From an uncultured Desulfatitalea sp. (GTDB taxonomy: Bacteria; Desulfobacterota; Desulfobacteria; Desulfobacterales; Desulfosarcinaceae), in NCBI GenBank assembly GCA_963668675.2, contig CAXXMB010000001.1, positions 64,001-128,000 of the forward strand: a stretch of 64,000 bases of DNA. The letters run 5' to 3'. The notes under the pieces are model-generated. The model did no database searches, was not told the DNA's origin, and saw only the letters and a list, made by a program, of their open reading frames with translations. The translations under genes and the position numbers were made by a program. Shown here one piece after another: positions 11,005 to 20,534 of this stretch (position 1 is the stretch's first letter; the number at the start of each line of letters is the position of its first letter).

Positions 11005-12309
11005 TTGGGTGAAATAGAGATTAAATACGGTCTAGATGAACGGCCACCGCTTTTTGAAACCCTGATGTTCGGCCTTCAGTGGCTGGCGATCACCGTGGCT
11101 ACTGTCATCATTATTGGAAAAGTGGTGGCTGGATTGCACTTTGATGACTTTGCCAGCCAGCTGGTCTATATGCAGAAGCTTTTTTTCGTGATGGCGGTGT
11201 CCCTTTTCTGTCAAGTCCTTTGGGGGCATCGGCTGCCGTTGATCACGGGGCCGGCCACCGTTCTCTTGGTGGGCATCGTGGCTGGCGCCGGCAGTGAAAT
11301 CGGTACCGTATATACGACCATCGCAGCGGGCGGCGTTTTTCTGATGTTGTTGGGCGTCACCGGATTGTTTTCCATACTGACCCGCTTTTTTACCTCCCGG
11401 GTCGTGGCGACCATACTGATGTTGATTGCCCTTACCATTACCCCGACCATCTTGGCTCTGATTCTGGACGCCCCGTCGCCGGATATGGCCGTGAAGAACC
11501 TGGCTTTTGCCCTGGCCTTTTTGCTGGTAATGCTTGCGGCCGATCGGCTGCTCAAGGGGATTTGGAAATCGACCATGATCGTTTGGGCTATCCTTGCCGG
11601 CAGTCTGTTGTTCCTGGCCATCGTTCCTCCTGAGGTGTGGCGGGATCGGGGGCAGCTGGGGCTCATTTCCCACTTCTTCACCGATTTCACCACACAGTTG
11701 AGCTGGGACCCCGGTTTATTGATTTCGTTTTTGGTCTGTTTCATCGCTCTTGCCATCAATGACCTGGGGTCCATCCAGGCGGTCGGTAGGTTGGTCGGTT
11801 CGCCCGCAATCGATCGGCGGGTAACCGCCGGTATCACCGTCACCGGTTTGTCCAACATCCTGGCCGGCTTCTGCGGCGTCATCGGGCCGGTGAACTTCTC
11901 CCTGAGCACGGGAATCATTGCTGCAAATGGCAATGCCTCCCGCTTCACGCTGATTCCCACCAGCCTGGCCATGCTGGCAATCGCCTTTCTGCCCGGTGTG
12001 GTGGCTTTTGTCTGGAATGTGCCGGCCGTCGTGGTGGGGACGATTCTGCTGTACATCATGAGCGCGCAACTATCGGCCGGTTTAATGGTGGCCTTTGGCG
12101 CCGGAGGCTTTTCGTTCCAGGATGGCCTGGTCATCAGTATCCCGTCAATGGTCAGCATCATTATTTCTTATCTACCCGCAACGGTCAAATCCGCACTTCC
12201 GTCTTTGTTGATGCCGGTTGTGGGCAATGGTTTCGTGATGGGCGTGTTGACAGTTCTGATCCTGGAACACATCATTTACAAAACCAGAGTGTCGAAACGG
12301 CCTAAATAG
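11005..12309 (+). CDS. NCS2 family (xanthine/uracil) permease
   Basis: Motifs YGLDERPP...GLQW and GHRLPLITGP, many TM segments, C-terminal GNGFVMG. Confidence 0.88.
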   Translation: MGEIEIKYGLDERPPLFETLMFGLQWLAITVATVIIIGKVVAGLHFDDFASQLVYMQKLFFVMAVSLFCQVLWGHRLPLITGPATVLLVGIVAGAGSEIGTVYTTIAAGGVFLMLLGVTGLFSILTRFFTSRVVATILMLIALTITPTILALILDAPSPDMAVKNLAFALAFLLVMLAADRLLKGIWKSTMIVWAILAGSLLFLAIVPPEVWRDRGQLGLISHFFTDFTTQLSWDPGLLISFLVCFIALAINDLGSIQAVGRLVGSPAIDRRVTAGITVTGLSNILAGFCGVIGPVNFSLSTGIIAANGNASRFTLIPTSLAMLAIAFLPGVVAFVWNVPAVVVGTILLYIMSAQLSAGLMVAFGAGGFSFQDGLVISIPSMVSIIISYLPATVKSALPSLLMPVVGNGFVMGVLTVLILEHIIYKTRVSKRPK

Positions 12310-12350
12310 AAGAAAAGACAATACTCTTTTGCGTGACGAAATGGATTGAA

Positions 12351-13049
12351 ATGGAAAGTGAGCCACTAATCTCTGGCCTGGAAAATAGACAACATTTATT
12401 TAAAGGGCTATCTGGTGCTGATTCTGATGAGGTCGTCAATGCAGGCTTTCCCAGAATACTTCAACCAAAGAGCGTATTGTTTCGTCAGGGAGATCTTGCC
12501 ACCGCGTTCTTCATGGTCAATAAGGGGCGCCTGAAGCTTTCCATGATTAACGAGCAGGGCCGGGAGGTGATTTTCCGATATATTAGCGCTGGAGAGTTCA
12601 CCGCTGCCGTCGCCGTTCTGAAAGGTAAGAATTATCCTGTCACCGCTGTGTCTGTGGATGAATCAGAACTCATTGGTTGGGATAAACGGACGCTTTTTCG
12701 GTTGATGGCCAAATTTTCTCCTCTCGCCTTAAATATCCTCTATATCGTATTAGAGCGTCTTGATGATTTGCAAAACCGATACATGGAAATTTCAACCGAG
12801 CAGGTCAAGCAGCGCATTGCCCGAACACTGCTACGTTTGATGCAACGCGCCGGTTCTGAAACTTCCGAAGGCATACAGATCAACATCCCTCTCAGTCGTC
12901 AAAATATCGCCGATTATTCAGGTACGACGCTATATACAGTGAGCCGTACGCTGAGTATTTGGGAAAAGAAGGACTGGGTCCGGTCTGGTCGCGAGACGAT
13001 TGTTATTACCAACCCCCACGCTCTGGTCGAATTTTCCGAGACAGGCTGA
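12351..13049 (+). CDS. Crp/Fnr family transcription regulator, NnrR-like
   Basis: cNMP-like sensor domain (LFRQGD, GRLKLS) plus HTH SRQNIADYSGTTLYTVSRTLS, resembling the NnrR TTLHTVSR recognition helix. No Fnr Cys cluster. Alternative start at 12333. Confidence 0.9.
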   Translation: MESEPLISGLENRQHLFKGLSGADSDEVVNAGFPRILQPKSVLFRQGDLATAFFMVNKGRLKLSMINEQGREVIFRYISAGEFTAAVAVLKGKNYPVTAVSVDESELIGWDKRTLFRLMAKFSPLALNILYIVLERLDDLQNRYMEISTEQVKQRIARTLLRLMQRAGSETSEGIQINIPLSRQNIADYSGTTLYTVSRTLSIWEKKDWVRSGRETIVITNPHALVEFSETG

Positions 13050-13120
13050 ACAGCGTCATTATCAACCGAACCCATCTTCTTCGACCCTGCCTACAGTCTC
13101 ATCTGCATCGCCGATCCTTG

Positions 13121-13136
13121 TTTGCGCCAGCGCAAA
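13121..13136. promoter_or_regulatory. NnrR-type Crp/Fnr binding site upstream of the DUF1858-ferredoxin-qNor genes
   Basis: Palindrome TTTGCG-ccag-CGCAAA; a near-identical copy lies at 22926. Confidence 0.75.
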
Positions 13137-13233
13137 GACAGAATCGGAAAACATGGTTAATTGTAATAAAAGCACAATGCATAAATCGGGTTGTTGACGG
13201 CCCGCCGCCAGCGGTGCCAATAGCGGAAAAAGG

Positions 13234-13449
13234 ATGATGAAAAACAGTTTGTCGCCAAAAATGACCGTCAAAGAACTCTTGGATCGCCACCCAAAACTGC
13301 TGTTAACTTTCATGGACTTGGGCCTGCTTTGTGTGGGGTGTCCAACGGAGGCCTTTCACACGCTGTCGGATGTCGCCAGGGAGTACCATCTCGATCGTGA
13401 CGCGTTTCTGCGGCGCTTGGGTGAGGATACACACGGAGATGTGGCATGA
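13234..13449 (+). CDS. DUF1858 domain protein (hybrid-cluster-associated)
   Basis: MTVKELLDRHP...GLLCVGCP...HTLSDVAREYHLD, with a CxxC motif. Confidence 0.85.
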   Translation: MMKNSLSPKMTVKELLDRHPKLLLTFMDLGLLCVGCPTEAFHTLSDVAREYHLDRDAFLRRLGEDTHGDVA

Positions 13450-13595
13450 TGGATATTCAAACCAAACGTGTTTATACTCCATGTTTCAAGGAACCCGAAA
13501 TGAAGGGATGGCTCAATGAAAGCAGCAGTAGGTAAGCCATAATTGCAGATAGCCAAAAAAATACTAATATTGGTATTTTCATAAACCTAAATGCA

Positions 13596-13751
13596 GATGG
13601 CCCCGTAAAAAGTCACTCATACATCATGCCGGACTTGATCTGGCACCCAGAAGCCATTGAAAATAATGGATAGCGCTAAAGCTTCACTGCGTGCCCGGCT
13701 TTCGCCGGAATAACGGGAAAAAATACTTTTGGGACTTTTTACGAGCACATC
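13596..13751. mobile_element. MITE-like non-autonomous repeat element
   Basis: Imperfect 19-bp terminal inverted repeats (GATGGCCCCGTAAAAAGTC / GACTTTTTACGAGCACATC) with a perfect 11-bp core (13604-13614 vs 13733-13743). They enclose a degenerate palindromic unit CATGCCGGACTTGATCTGGCACCCAG...CCGGCTTTCGCCGGAATAAC. Confidence 0.65.
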
Positions 13752-13774
13752 AATGCCAATTGGGAGATAAATCG

Positions 13775-14062
13775 ATGCAAAAAGAAATTCAAAAAACACG
13801 ATTGAACGTATTTCTACAGGATGCAAGACCGTTGTCAGAGGATGAACAAGCCCGTTTGCCGCACGAAAAACGTGAGGCTGTAGCGGATAAATCAGGACTG
13901 TGGATCGAAGTGGCCTGTCCGGAAGGCTCATGTTCGACAGAGGGTGACAAGATCACTCTGCCGGCGGGTGGCATTGCGCCCGGGGAATCCAGGGGGTTCT
14001 GGTTGAGTTTGTTTTGTCCAGAAAATCAATGTGTTATAGAAGATAATGTGGCGTTGCCATAA
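13775..14062 (+). CDS. small Cys-motif hypothetical protein
   Basis: ATG after GGAG. Internal repeat GLWIEVACPEGSC / GFWLSLFCPENQC. Confidence 0.7.
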   Translation: MQKEIQKTRLNVFLQDARPLSEDEQARLPHEKREAVADKSGLWIEVACPEGSCSTEGDKITLPAGGIAPGESRGFWLSLFCPENQCVIEDNVALP

Positions 14063-14092
14063 GATAGTCAACCGCCTTGAGCGGATCGAATG

Positions 14093-14125
14093 GCCACGAC
14101 CTCCGGTAAAACCGGAGGTCGTGGC
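14093..14125. repeat. perfect intergenic hairpin (15-bp stem)
   Basis: GCCACGACCTCCGGT-aaa-ACCGGAGGTCGTGGC, with no U-tract. Confidence 0.75.
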
Positions 14126-14174
14126 GCCACCCATAAGATTTCGGCAGTTAACGATAAAGAAGAGAGGACCGATC

Positions 14175-14369
14175 ATGAGCAAGAAAGTCTATATCGAAAC
14201 GGAGGAGTGTATCGGTTGCGAGAGCTGCGTAGAGCTTTGTCCGGATGTGTTCGGGTTTGACGAGGAGGCCGAAAAGGCTTTCGTTATCTTGCCCGAGGGC
14301 GGTTCCGAGGAGTGTATCGACGAGGCGATTGAGACATGCCCTGTGGAATGTATTCACTGGGAAGAATAA
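14175..14369 (+). CDS. single-cluster [4Fe-4S] ferredoxin
   Basis: 64 aa, CIGCESC...CP and C-terminal CPVECI, acidic; GAGGA RBS. Confidence 0.93.
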   Translation: MSKKVYIETEECIGCESCVELCPDVFGFDEEAEKAFVILPEGGSEECIDEAIETCPVECIHWEE

Positions 14370-14421
14370 CCATCTCTTTTTAATTACGTGGGTTTTTCCG
14401 GCAATAGGAAAGGATGAAAAA

Positions 14422-16692
14422 ATGCAAGAGCAAGCACACGCATTTTCAGAGCTTTCACCATGGTGGCGCCGCAGTGTGGCACTGGTTTTCATTGTCGGTA
14501 TGATCGGCTTGATTTTTATGTCGGTGCAGGCCTACCGCTACTCCCCTCCGATTCCGGGTAAGGTGGTTGATTCCGAGGGCGCCGTCGTCTTTGACGGGCA
14601 AACCATCGAAGCCGGTCAAGAGGTCTTCTTAAAATACGGCCTGATGCAGAACGGCTCGATTTGGGGCCATGGCTCCTATCTGGGGCCGGATTTTTCAGCC
14701 CAGTATCTGCATGAGCTTTCCCTCGATACCGGCCAGGAGATCGCACGGCTTGTATTCGGTGTGGAATTATCGGCCCTCGATGATGCGCAACGGGCACAAG
14801 TCGATGCCCGGGTTGCCTCTCTTCTGAAAAAAAATCGTTACGATCCTGCATCCAAACAGCTGATCTTTATCGATGCCGAGAAAGCCTCCTTCCAGAGACA
14901 ACTCCAAGTTTGGACCGATTATTTCAAGCACCCGATATTCAATTCCGGCCTTCCGGACAACTACATCAACGATCCTGAGGAAATTCGCCAGTTGACGGCT
15001 TTTTTTGCCTGGACTGCCTGGGCCAGTGTCGCCAACCGCCCGGGCAAATCCTATTCTTACACCAATAATTTCCCCTATGACCCCACGGTCGGCAATCTGG
15101 TGACCAGCGATGCCGTTCTTTGGAGTGCGTTGAGTGTCGTTATGCTGCTGGCCGGCCTCGCAGCTGTCCTGGTCGTTTTCGGCAAATTCGATTACCTGGG
15201 CTGGAAAGGCGGTCCGGAGGGTATTTATCCCCAGATGTTGGCTGGTGATGCCACCCCGGGACAGAAGGCCACGATCAAGTATTTTGTTATTGTGGCCCTG
15301 CTTTTCCTTACGCAGGTCATGATCGGTGGCGCCTTGGCCCACTATCGGGCGGACCCCGGCAATTTTTACGGCATCGATCTGGCGCAATATCTGCCCAGCA
15401 ATATTCTACGCACCTGGCACCTGCAGCTGGCTCTCTTCTGGATAGCGACCGCCTATGTGGCCGGTGGTCTGCTGCTGGCGTCCTCGTTAAGCCCAAAAGA
15501 GCCCCGTGGTCATGTCATGGGCGTCCACATGCTGTTCTGGGCCCTTGTCGTTTTGGTGGTCGGCAGCCTCTTTGGTGAACTGCTGGGGATTCATCAGGTC
15601 ATGGGCGAGGTTTGGGCCTGGTTCGGCCACCAGGGATGGGAGTTTCTGGAGCTGGGACGGTTCTGGCAAATTATTTTGGTGATCGGATTGAGCTTCTGGC
15701 TGGCGCTTCTTTACCGCGTCACGGCACCGGCCATGAAAGATCGGGAACGCAAGGAGATTACCGTGTTGTTCTTAGCGGGCGCGGCGGCTATCCCCTTCTT
15801 TTATCTGCCGGCCTTTTTTTTCAGCAGCACCTCCAATTTTACGGTGGTGGACACCTGGCGCTTCTGGATTATCCACCTGTGGGTGGAGGGCTTTTTCGAG
15901 CTTTTCGTCACCGTTCTGGTGGCCGTCACGTTCTATCAATTGGGAGTCGTCCGGCGTATCAATGTGGTGCGCGTCATCTACATGGATGCTATCCTTTTTC
16001 TATCGGGCGGCATCATCGGCACGGCCCATCACTGGTACTGGACCGGCCAGTCCAACTTCACGATGGCGCTGGCAGCCATGTTCTCGGCGCTCGAAGTGGT
16101 GCCGCTCACCCTGCTGACGCTGGATGCCTGGGACTTTGTCAAGCTCACCGGAACTGGAGATGCGGCCAAAGCACCGAAAAAGATCATACCGCACAAGTGG
16201 GCCTTCTATTTTTTAATGGCGGTCGGTTTCTGGAATTTTGTCGGTGCCGGCATATTCGGCTTCCTGATCAACATGCCGGTGGTCAGCTACTACGAGGCGG
16301 GTACGATATTGACTTTGAACCATGGGCATGCCGCCCTGCTGGGGGCATTTGGTATGCTGGCCATGGCGCTTTTGGTTCTTGGTCTGCGCCACGTGCTGAC
16401 AGACGAACAGTGGAGACGCCCGCAAAAATTCGTGAAGCTATCCTTCTGGGGAATGAACATTGGGTTGGCCCTGATGGTGATCACCAATTTGTTCCCGGAA
16501 GGCATTCTGCAAGTATGGGATGTTCTTGAAAATGGCTACTGGCATGCGCGCAGCCTTGAATTCATCGGATCCGATCGCATCAGGGCGCTGGAATGGGTCA
16601 GCATGCCGTCGCACGTGATCCTGATCGTATTGGGGGTTTTTCCCATGGTGATCGCTTCGGTATTGACATATCTGCGGATAAAGCGGGCCTGA
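14422..16692 (+). CDS. norZ: quinol-dependent nitric oxide reductase (qNor)
   Basis: Motifs GSIWGHGSYLGPDFSA, SYTNNFPYDP, RTWHLQ, IHLWVEGFFE, GTAHHWYW, SALEVVPL and NHGHAAL; about 756 aa. Confidence 0.95.
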   Translation: MQEQAHAFSELSPWWRRSVALVFIVGMIGLIFMSVQAYRYSPPIPGKVVDSEGAVVFDGQTIEAGQEVFLKYGLMQNGSIWGHGSYLGPDFSAQYLHELSLDTGQEIARLVFGVELSALDDAQRAQVDARVASLLKKNRYDPASKQLIFIDAEKASFQRQLQVWTDYFKHPIFNSGLPDNYINDPEEIRQLTAFFAWTAWASVANRPGKSYSYTNNFPYDPTVGNLVTSDAVLWSALSVVMLLAGLAAVLVVFGKFDYLGWKGGPEGIYPQMLAGDATPGQKATIKYFVIVALLFLTQVMIGGALAHYRADPGNFYGIDLAQYLPSNILRTWHLQLALFWIATAYVAGGLLLASSLSPKEPRGHVMGVHMLFWALVVLVVGSLFGELLGIHQVMGEVWAWFGHQGWEFLELGRFWQIILVIGLSFWLALLYRVTAPAMKDRERKEITVLFLAGAAAIPFFYLPAFFFSSTSNFTVVDTWRFWIIHLWVEGFFELFVTVLVAVTFYQLGVVRRINVVRVIYMDAILFLSGGIIGTAHHWYWTGQSNFTMALAAMFSALEVVPLTLLTLDAWDFVKLTGTGDAAKAPKKIIPHKWAFYFLMAVGFWNFVGAGIFGFLINMPVVSYYEAGTILTLNHGHAALLGAFGMLAMALLVLGLRHVLTDEQWRRPQKFVKLSFWGMNIGLALMVITNLFPEGILQVWDVLENGYWHARSLEFIGSDRIRALEWVSMPSHVILIVLGVFPMVIASVLTYLRIKRA

Positions 16693-16879
16693 TGGTGGCG
16701 ATGTTTTGATACCGAACCTTTGAAACGGATGCTGTTTGTTGCACCCAGGCCGCCCGGCTTGGCGCGGCTTGGTTGGCCCGGGCAGGGAGTGCACCGTGGG
16801 GCGCATGTTTGCCACTATGAACCGGGGGCTGACCTGCTGGGGAAAAACGATCCGTCAACATCGAAATGGAGAATTGCCC

Positions 16880-17485
16880 GTGAGCCCAAGTAACCTTCGA
16901 GAGTGTTCCCCCGTCGACATTTCCGATGCCGATGTGATGCAAGCCATGCAAGCCATGCAAGGATATATCGACATCACCCCAGCCGATTTCAGGGAGGTCT
17001 ACCGGGTGGCGTACGGCCTTGCACAAAACCGGATGATGCATGCCCTCAAAGCCGCCGATGTAATGGCGGCGCCGGTTCATGTGATTGGTGCAGACCAGGA
17101 CTTGATCGAAACTGCCACGCTACTGGCCGAAAAAGGTGTCTCGGGAGCCCCGGTGGTGGATCGACACGGTAAAGTAATCGGTGTGATTTCCGAAAAGGAT
17201 TTTTTAAGAAAAATGGGCGCCGGGCAAAATGGTTCGTTCATGCAGGTTATCGCTCACTGCCTGAAAAACAAGGGATGTGTGGCCACATCGATGGTCAACC
17301 GCACTGCGGGCGACATCATGACCGCGCCGGCCATCACGGCCACGGTCGACCTATCCATCGGCGACATCTCGACGTTGCTGATGGGAAAAAACATCAATCG
17401 GCTTCCGATCATCGGAGGCGAGGGCACACCCGTCGGTATCGTCACCCGCTCGGATCTGGTCAGCTCGTTTTGCATGCTTGGATAA
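16880..17485 (+). CDS. CBS domain pair protein (HPP-associated)
   Basis: YIDITPADF N-terminal motif and two CBS domains (GVSGAPVVD...GVISEKD; INRLPII...GIVTRSD). GTG start after GGAG. Confidence 0.88.
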   Translation: MSPSNLRECSPVDISDADVMQAMQAMQGYIDITPADFREVYRVAYGLAQNRMMHALKAADVMAAPVHVIGADQDLIETATLLAEKGVSGAPVVDRHGKVIGVISEKDFLRKMGAGQNGSFMQVIAHCLKNKGCVATSMVNRTAGDIMTAPAITATVDLSIGDISTLLMGKNINRLPIIGGEGTPVGIVTRSDLVSSFCMLG

Positions 17486-17498
17486 ACGGAAAAGACAG

Positions 17499-18035
17499 AT
17501 GAACTATTTCAGAAAAATGCGTGGCCACACCCTGAGTCCGCCCAGGGTCGGTTTCGTCGAAATCATCTGGTCCTGGGTCGGTAGTTTTGTTGGGATTGCC
17601 GTTGTGGGGTTGATTCATTTTAATCTATTGGACCAAACTGCATTGATCATGATCATTGGCTCGTTTGGCGCCTCGGCCGTGCTCGTTTACGGCGCCATCC
17701 GCAGCCCCCTGGCCCAGCCCAGAAACCTGATCGGCGGTCATATGCTCTCGGCCGTGATTGGAGTAGCGGCATTTCAATTTCTGGGCAGGCAACCATGGCT
17801 GGCCGCGGCAATGGCCGTTTCCACAGCCATCGCCTTGATGCACCTGACCAAAACGTTGCACCCGCCGGGCGGAGCCACAGCGTTAATCGCGGTGATTGGA
17901 GGCGACGGCGTGCACCAACTGGGTTATCTCTACGTGCTCATGCCCGCCGGGTTGGGTGCAATCGTCATGCTGGCGGTCGCCCTATTGATCAACAATATTT
18001 CCAGCAATAGACGCTACCCGGAATTTTGGTTTTAG
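17499..18035 (+). CDS. HPP family membrane protein
   Basis: Motifs GSFGASAVL, SPLAQPRN..GGH and the signature LHPPGGATAL. Confidence 0.93.
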   Translation: MNYFRKMRGHTLSPPRVGFVEIIWSWVGSFVGIAVVGLIHFNLLDQTALIMIIGSFGASAVLVYGAIRSPLAQPRNLIGGHMLSAVIGVAAFQFLGRQPWLAAAMAVSTAIALMHLTKTLHPPGGATALIAVIGGDGVHQLGYLYVLMPAGLGAIVMLAVALLINNISSNRRYPEFWF

Positions 18036-18150
18036 TTTTCTCAACTCCGGGACGAGCAAAAGGAGACGATAATCATATGCCCCTGCTAATCTCCATGGCT
18101 GCCGTAATCGCCTGCGTGTCTGCCATCGGCCTGAATATCCGGAGCTGCCA

Positions 18151-19344
18151 ATGAAACGACTGGTACAAATTTTTCGCACGTCGGCGGTCGTCGGCGTGCT
18201 TATATCCCTGGTAGTGGTGTTCGCCTATGCTGCCCTGCGGTCCGGTCCCCTGGCGCCTATCCAGGTAACCGTCGCCACGGTCGAAAATCAGTCGATTTCA
18301 CCCGGCCTGTTTGGTGTTGGTACGCTCGAAGCCCGCTACACCCACCGGATCGGTCCGACGTTTGCAGGTAGGGTCAAACGCGTGGATGTGCAGGTGGGCG
18401 ACATGGTTAAGGCCGGGGCTTTTCTCGGTGAAATGGATCCTGTGGATCTGGGTGAGCGCATTAAGGCCCAGGAGGCCGCGCTCAACCGTGCGCAGGCCAA
18501 TATCGCGACAGCCCGGGCTCAGGTCCAGGATATCCTGGCCACCTCAACCTTCGCAAAAAGTCAAGCTCGCCGCTATGAGCAACTGTTCATGGAAAGGGTA
18601 GCGACAACGGAATTGGTCGAAGCCAAGAGGCAGGAGCTTAAGGTGGCTGAGGCGCGGCTTCTGGCAGCCAAAGCCAATCTGGATGCAGTTCTTAACGAGC
18701 AGAGCAGCGTGCGTGCGGACCTGGAAGGCTTGATATTGCAACGCGCCAATTTGAGTCTTGTGGCGCCGGTGGACGGCCTCGTTACCGTCCGGGATGCCGA
18801 GCCGGGCACAACTGTCGTCGCCGGCCAGCCAGTGGTGGAATTGATCGATCCGTCGAGCCTGTGGATTAACGTGCGTTTCGATCAACTGCAGTCGGCCGGC
18901 CTGAGAGCGGGCCTTCCGGCCCGAATCGAACTGCGGTCCATGCCCGGGACTTCTGTCACCGGAAAGGTCCTGCGCGTCGAACCCATGGCCGACGCCGTTA
19001 CCGAAGAGATTCTGGCCAAAGTGATTTTCGACGCTTTGCCTGATCCATTGCCCCCTATCGGAGAATTGGCTGAAATCACCGTTGCGCTGCCCTCATTGCC
19101 GGCGTTGCCCGTTGTCCATAGCCCCAGCATACAACGCACCGATGGCTCGATCGGTGTCTGGCTGATCGAAAACGATGGGTTGCGATTTGCACCCATAACT
19201 CTGGGGGCGGCCGATCTCGATGGCCGGATACAGGTTCTCCGGGGACTGAATCCCGATCAACGGGTGGTGCTCTATAGCCAGCGTAAGTTGGGTCAGCACA
19301 GCCGCATCAAGGTCGTCGAGCAACTGCCGGGGGCTGGGCGATGA
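18151..19344 (+). CDS. efflux periplasmic adaptor (MFP, MacA/HlyD-like)
   Basis: N-terminal TM, lipoyl halves (GRVKRVDVQVGDMVKAG; APVDGLV) and a coiled coil. Confidence 0.9.
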   Translation: MKRLVQIFRTSAVVGVLISLVVVFAYAALRSGPLAPIQVTVATVENQSISPGLFGVGTLEARYTHRIGPTFAGRVKRVDVQVGDMVKAGAFLGEMDPVDLGERIKAQEAALNRAQANIATARAQVQDILATSTFAKSQARRYEQLFMERVATTELVEAKRQELKVAEARLLAAKANLDAVLNEQSSVRADLEGLILQRANLSLVAPVDGLVTVRDAEPGTTVVAGQPVVELIDPSSLWINVRFDQLQSAGLRAGLPARIELRSMPGTSVTGKVLRVEPMADAVTEEILAKVIFDALPDPLPPIGELAEITVALPSLPALPVVHSPSIQRTDGSIGVWLIENDGLRFAPITLGAADLDGRIQVLRGLNPDQRVVLYSQRKLGQHSRIKVVEQLPGAGR

Positions 19345-20534
19345 TCAGTCTGGCCGGCCGCGATATTTCACACGCCTGGGGCAAGTTCGTCTTTACTGGT
19401 ATCGGACTCGGGCTGCTCATCGGAGTAACCTTGTCGATGGCCGGCATTTACCGCGGCATGGTGGATGACGCCAAGGCGCTGCTCGACAACAGCGGGGCCG
19501 ACCTGTGGGTGGTGCAGCAGGATACGCTTGGCCCATATGCCGAATCTTCCAGCATCTACGACGATCAGTACCGCGGCATCCTGTCGATGGCCGGTGTGGC
19601 GCGCGCCGCCAATGTGACCTATTTTACCATGCAGGTTCGTTTGGGTGATAAGGATGTCAGGGCCATGGTGGTCGGCATTGTGCAGGGCGAGCCCGGTCAA
19701 CCGGAGTATTTGGTCGCCGGCCGACATATCACACGCAGCCATTACGAAGCCGTTGCCGATATCGCGACCGGTTTCCAGCTTGGCGATCGTATCCGTATCC
19801 GCCGCAACCTGTATACGGTTGTTGGGTTGACCCGACGCATGGTCTCATCCGGTGGTGACCCCATGGTGTTTATTCCCCTGAAAGACGCCCAGGAGGCACA
19901 GTTTTTGAGGGACAACGATGCCATTGTCCAGCAGCGCCGCCGCACGGCAGCCAACCCGGTGTTTGCCCGGCCCTGGGTGCCGGGCCTTCTCGATGCGGTG
20001 ATCGCTTCACAAAACACCAATCCCTATGTCAATGCCGTGCTGGTTCAACTAAAGCCCGGCTATAGCTCCGATCAAGTGGCCGATACGATTCGCCGCTGGA
20101 AACGCCTGCAAGTATACACCCGTGTGCAGATGGAAAAAATTCTGGTCGGCAAACTGATCGCCACATCGGCCCGGCAGATCGGCATGTTTCTGGTGATTCT
20201 ATCGGTGGTCAGCGCCGCCATCGTTGCTTTCATCATCTACACCCTGACCTTGGGGAAGATCCGTGAAATAGCCGTCCTCAAGCTGATCGGCACCAAAAAC
20301 CGCACCATTGCAGGGATGATTCTTCAACAAGCGATAGCACTGGGGGTGATCGGTTTTGTGGTGGGCAAGATAGCCGCCTTTTTCTGGGCACCAATTTTTC
20401 CCAAATATGTGCTGCTGCTACCCGGAGATGCCGTGCGTGGTTTTTTGGCGGTGGTAGTAATTTGTGTATTGGCCAGTGTGCTGGCCATTCGGGTTGCCCT
20501 CAAAGTTGACCCGGCGGAGGCCATCGGTGGCTGA
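19341..20534 (+). CDS. ABC transporter permease (MacB/FtsX type)
   Basis: GADLWV periplasmic domain, REIAVLKLIG, C-terminal KVDPAEA; overlaps the previous stop (ATGA). Confidence 0.9.
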   Translation: MISLAGRDISHAWGKFVFTGIGLGLLIGVTLSMAGIYRGMVDDAKALLDNSGADLWVVQQDTLGPYAESSSIYDDQYRGILSMAGVARAANVTYFTMQVRLGDKDVRAMVVGIVQGEPGQPEYLVAGRHITRSHYEAVADIATGFQLGDRIRIRRNLYTVVGLTRRMVSSGGDPMVFIPLKDAQEAQFLRDNDAIVQQRRRTAANPVFARPWVPGLLDAVIASQNTNPYVNAVLVQLKPGYSSDQVADTIRRWKRLQVYTRVQMEKILVGKLIATSARQIGMFLVILSVVSAAIVAFIIYTLTLGKIREIAVLKLIGTKNRTIAGMILQQAIALGVIGFVVGKIAAFFWAPIFPKYVLLLPGDAVRGFLAVVVICVLASVLAIRVALKVDPAEAIGG

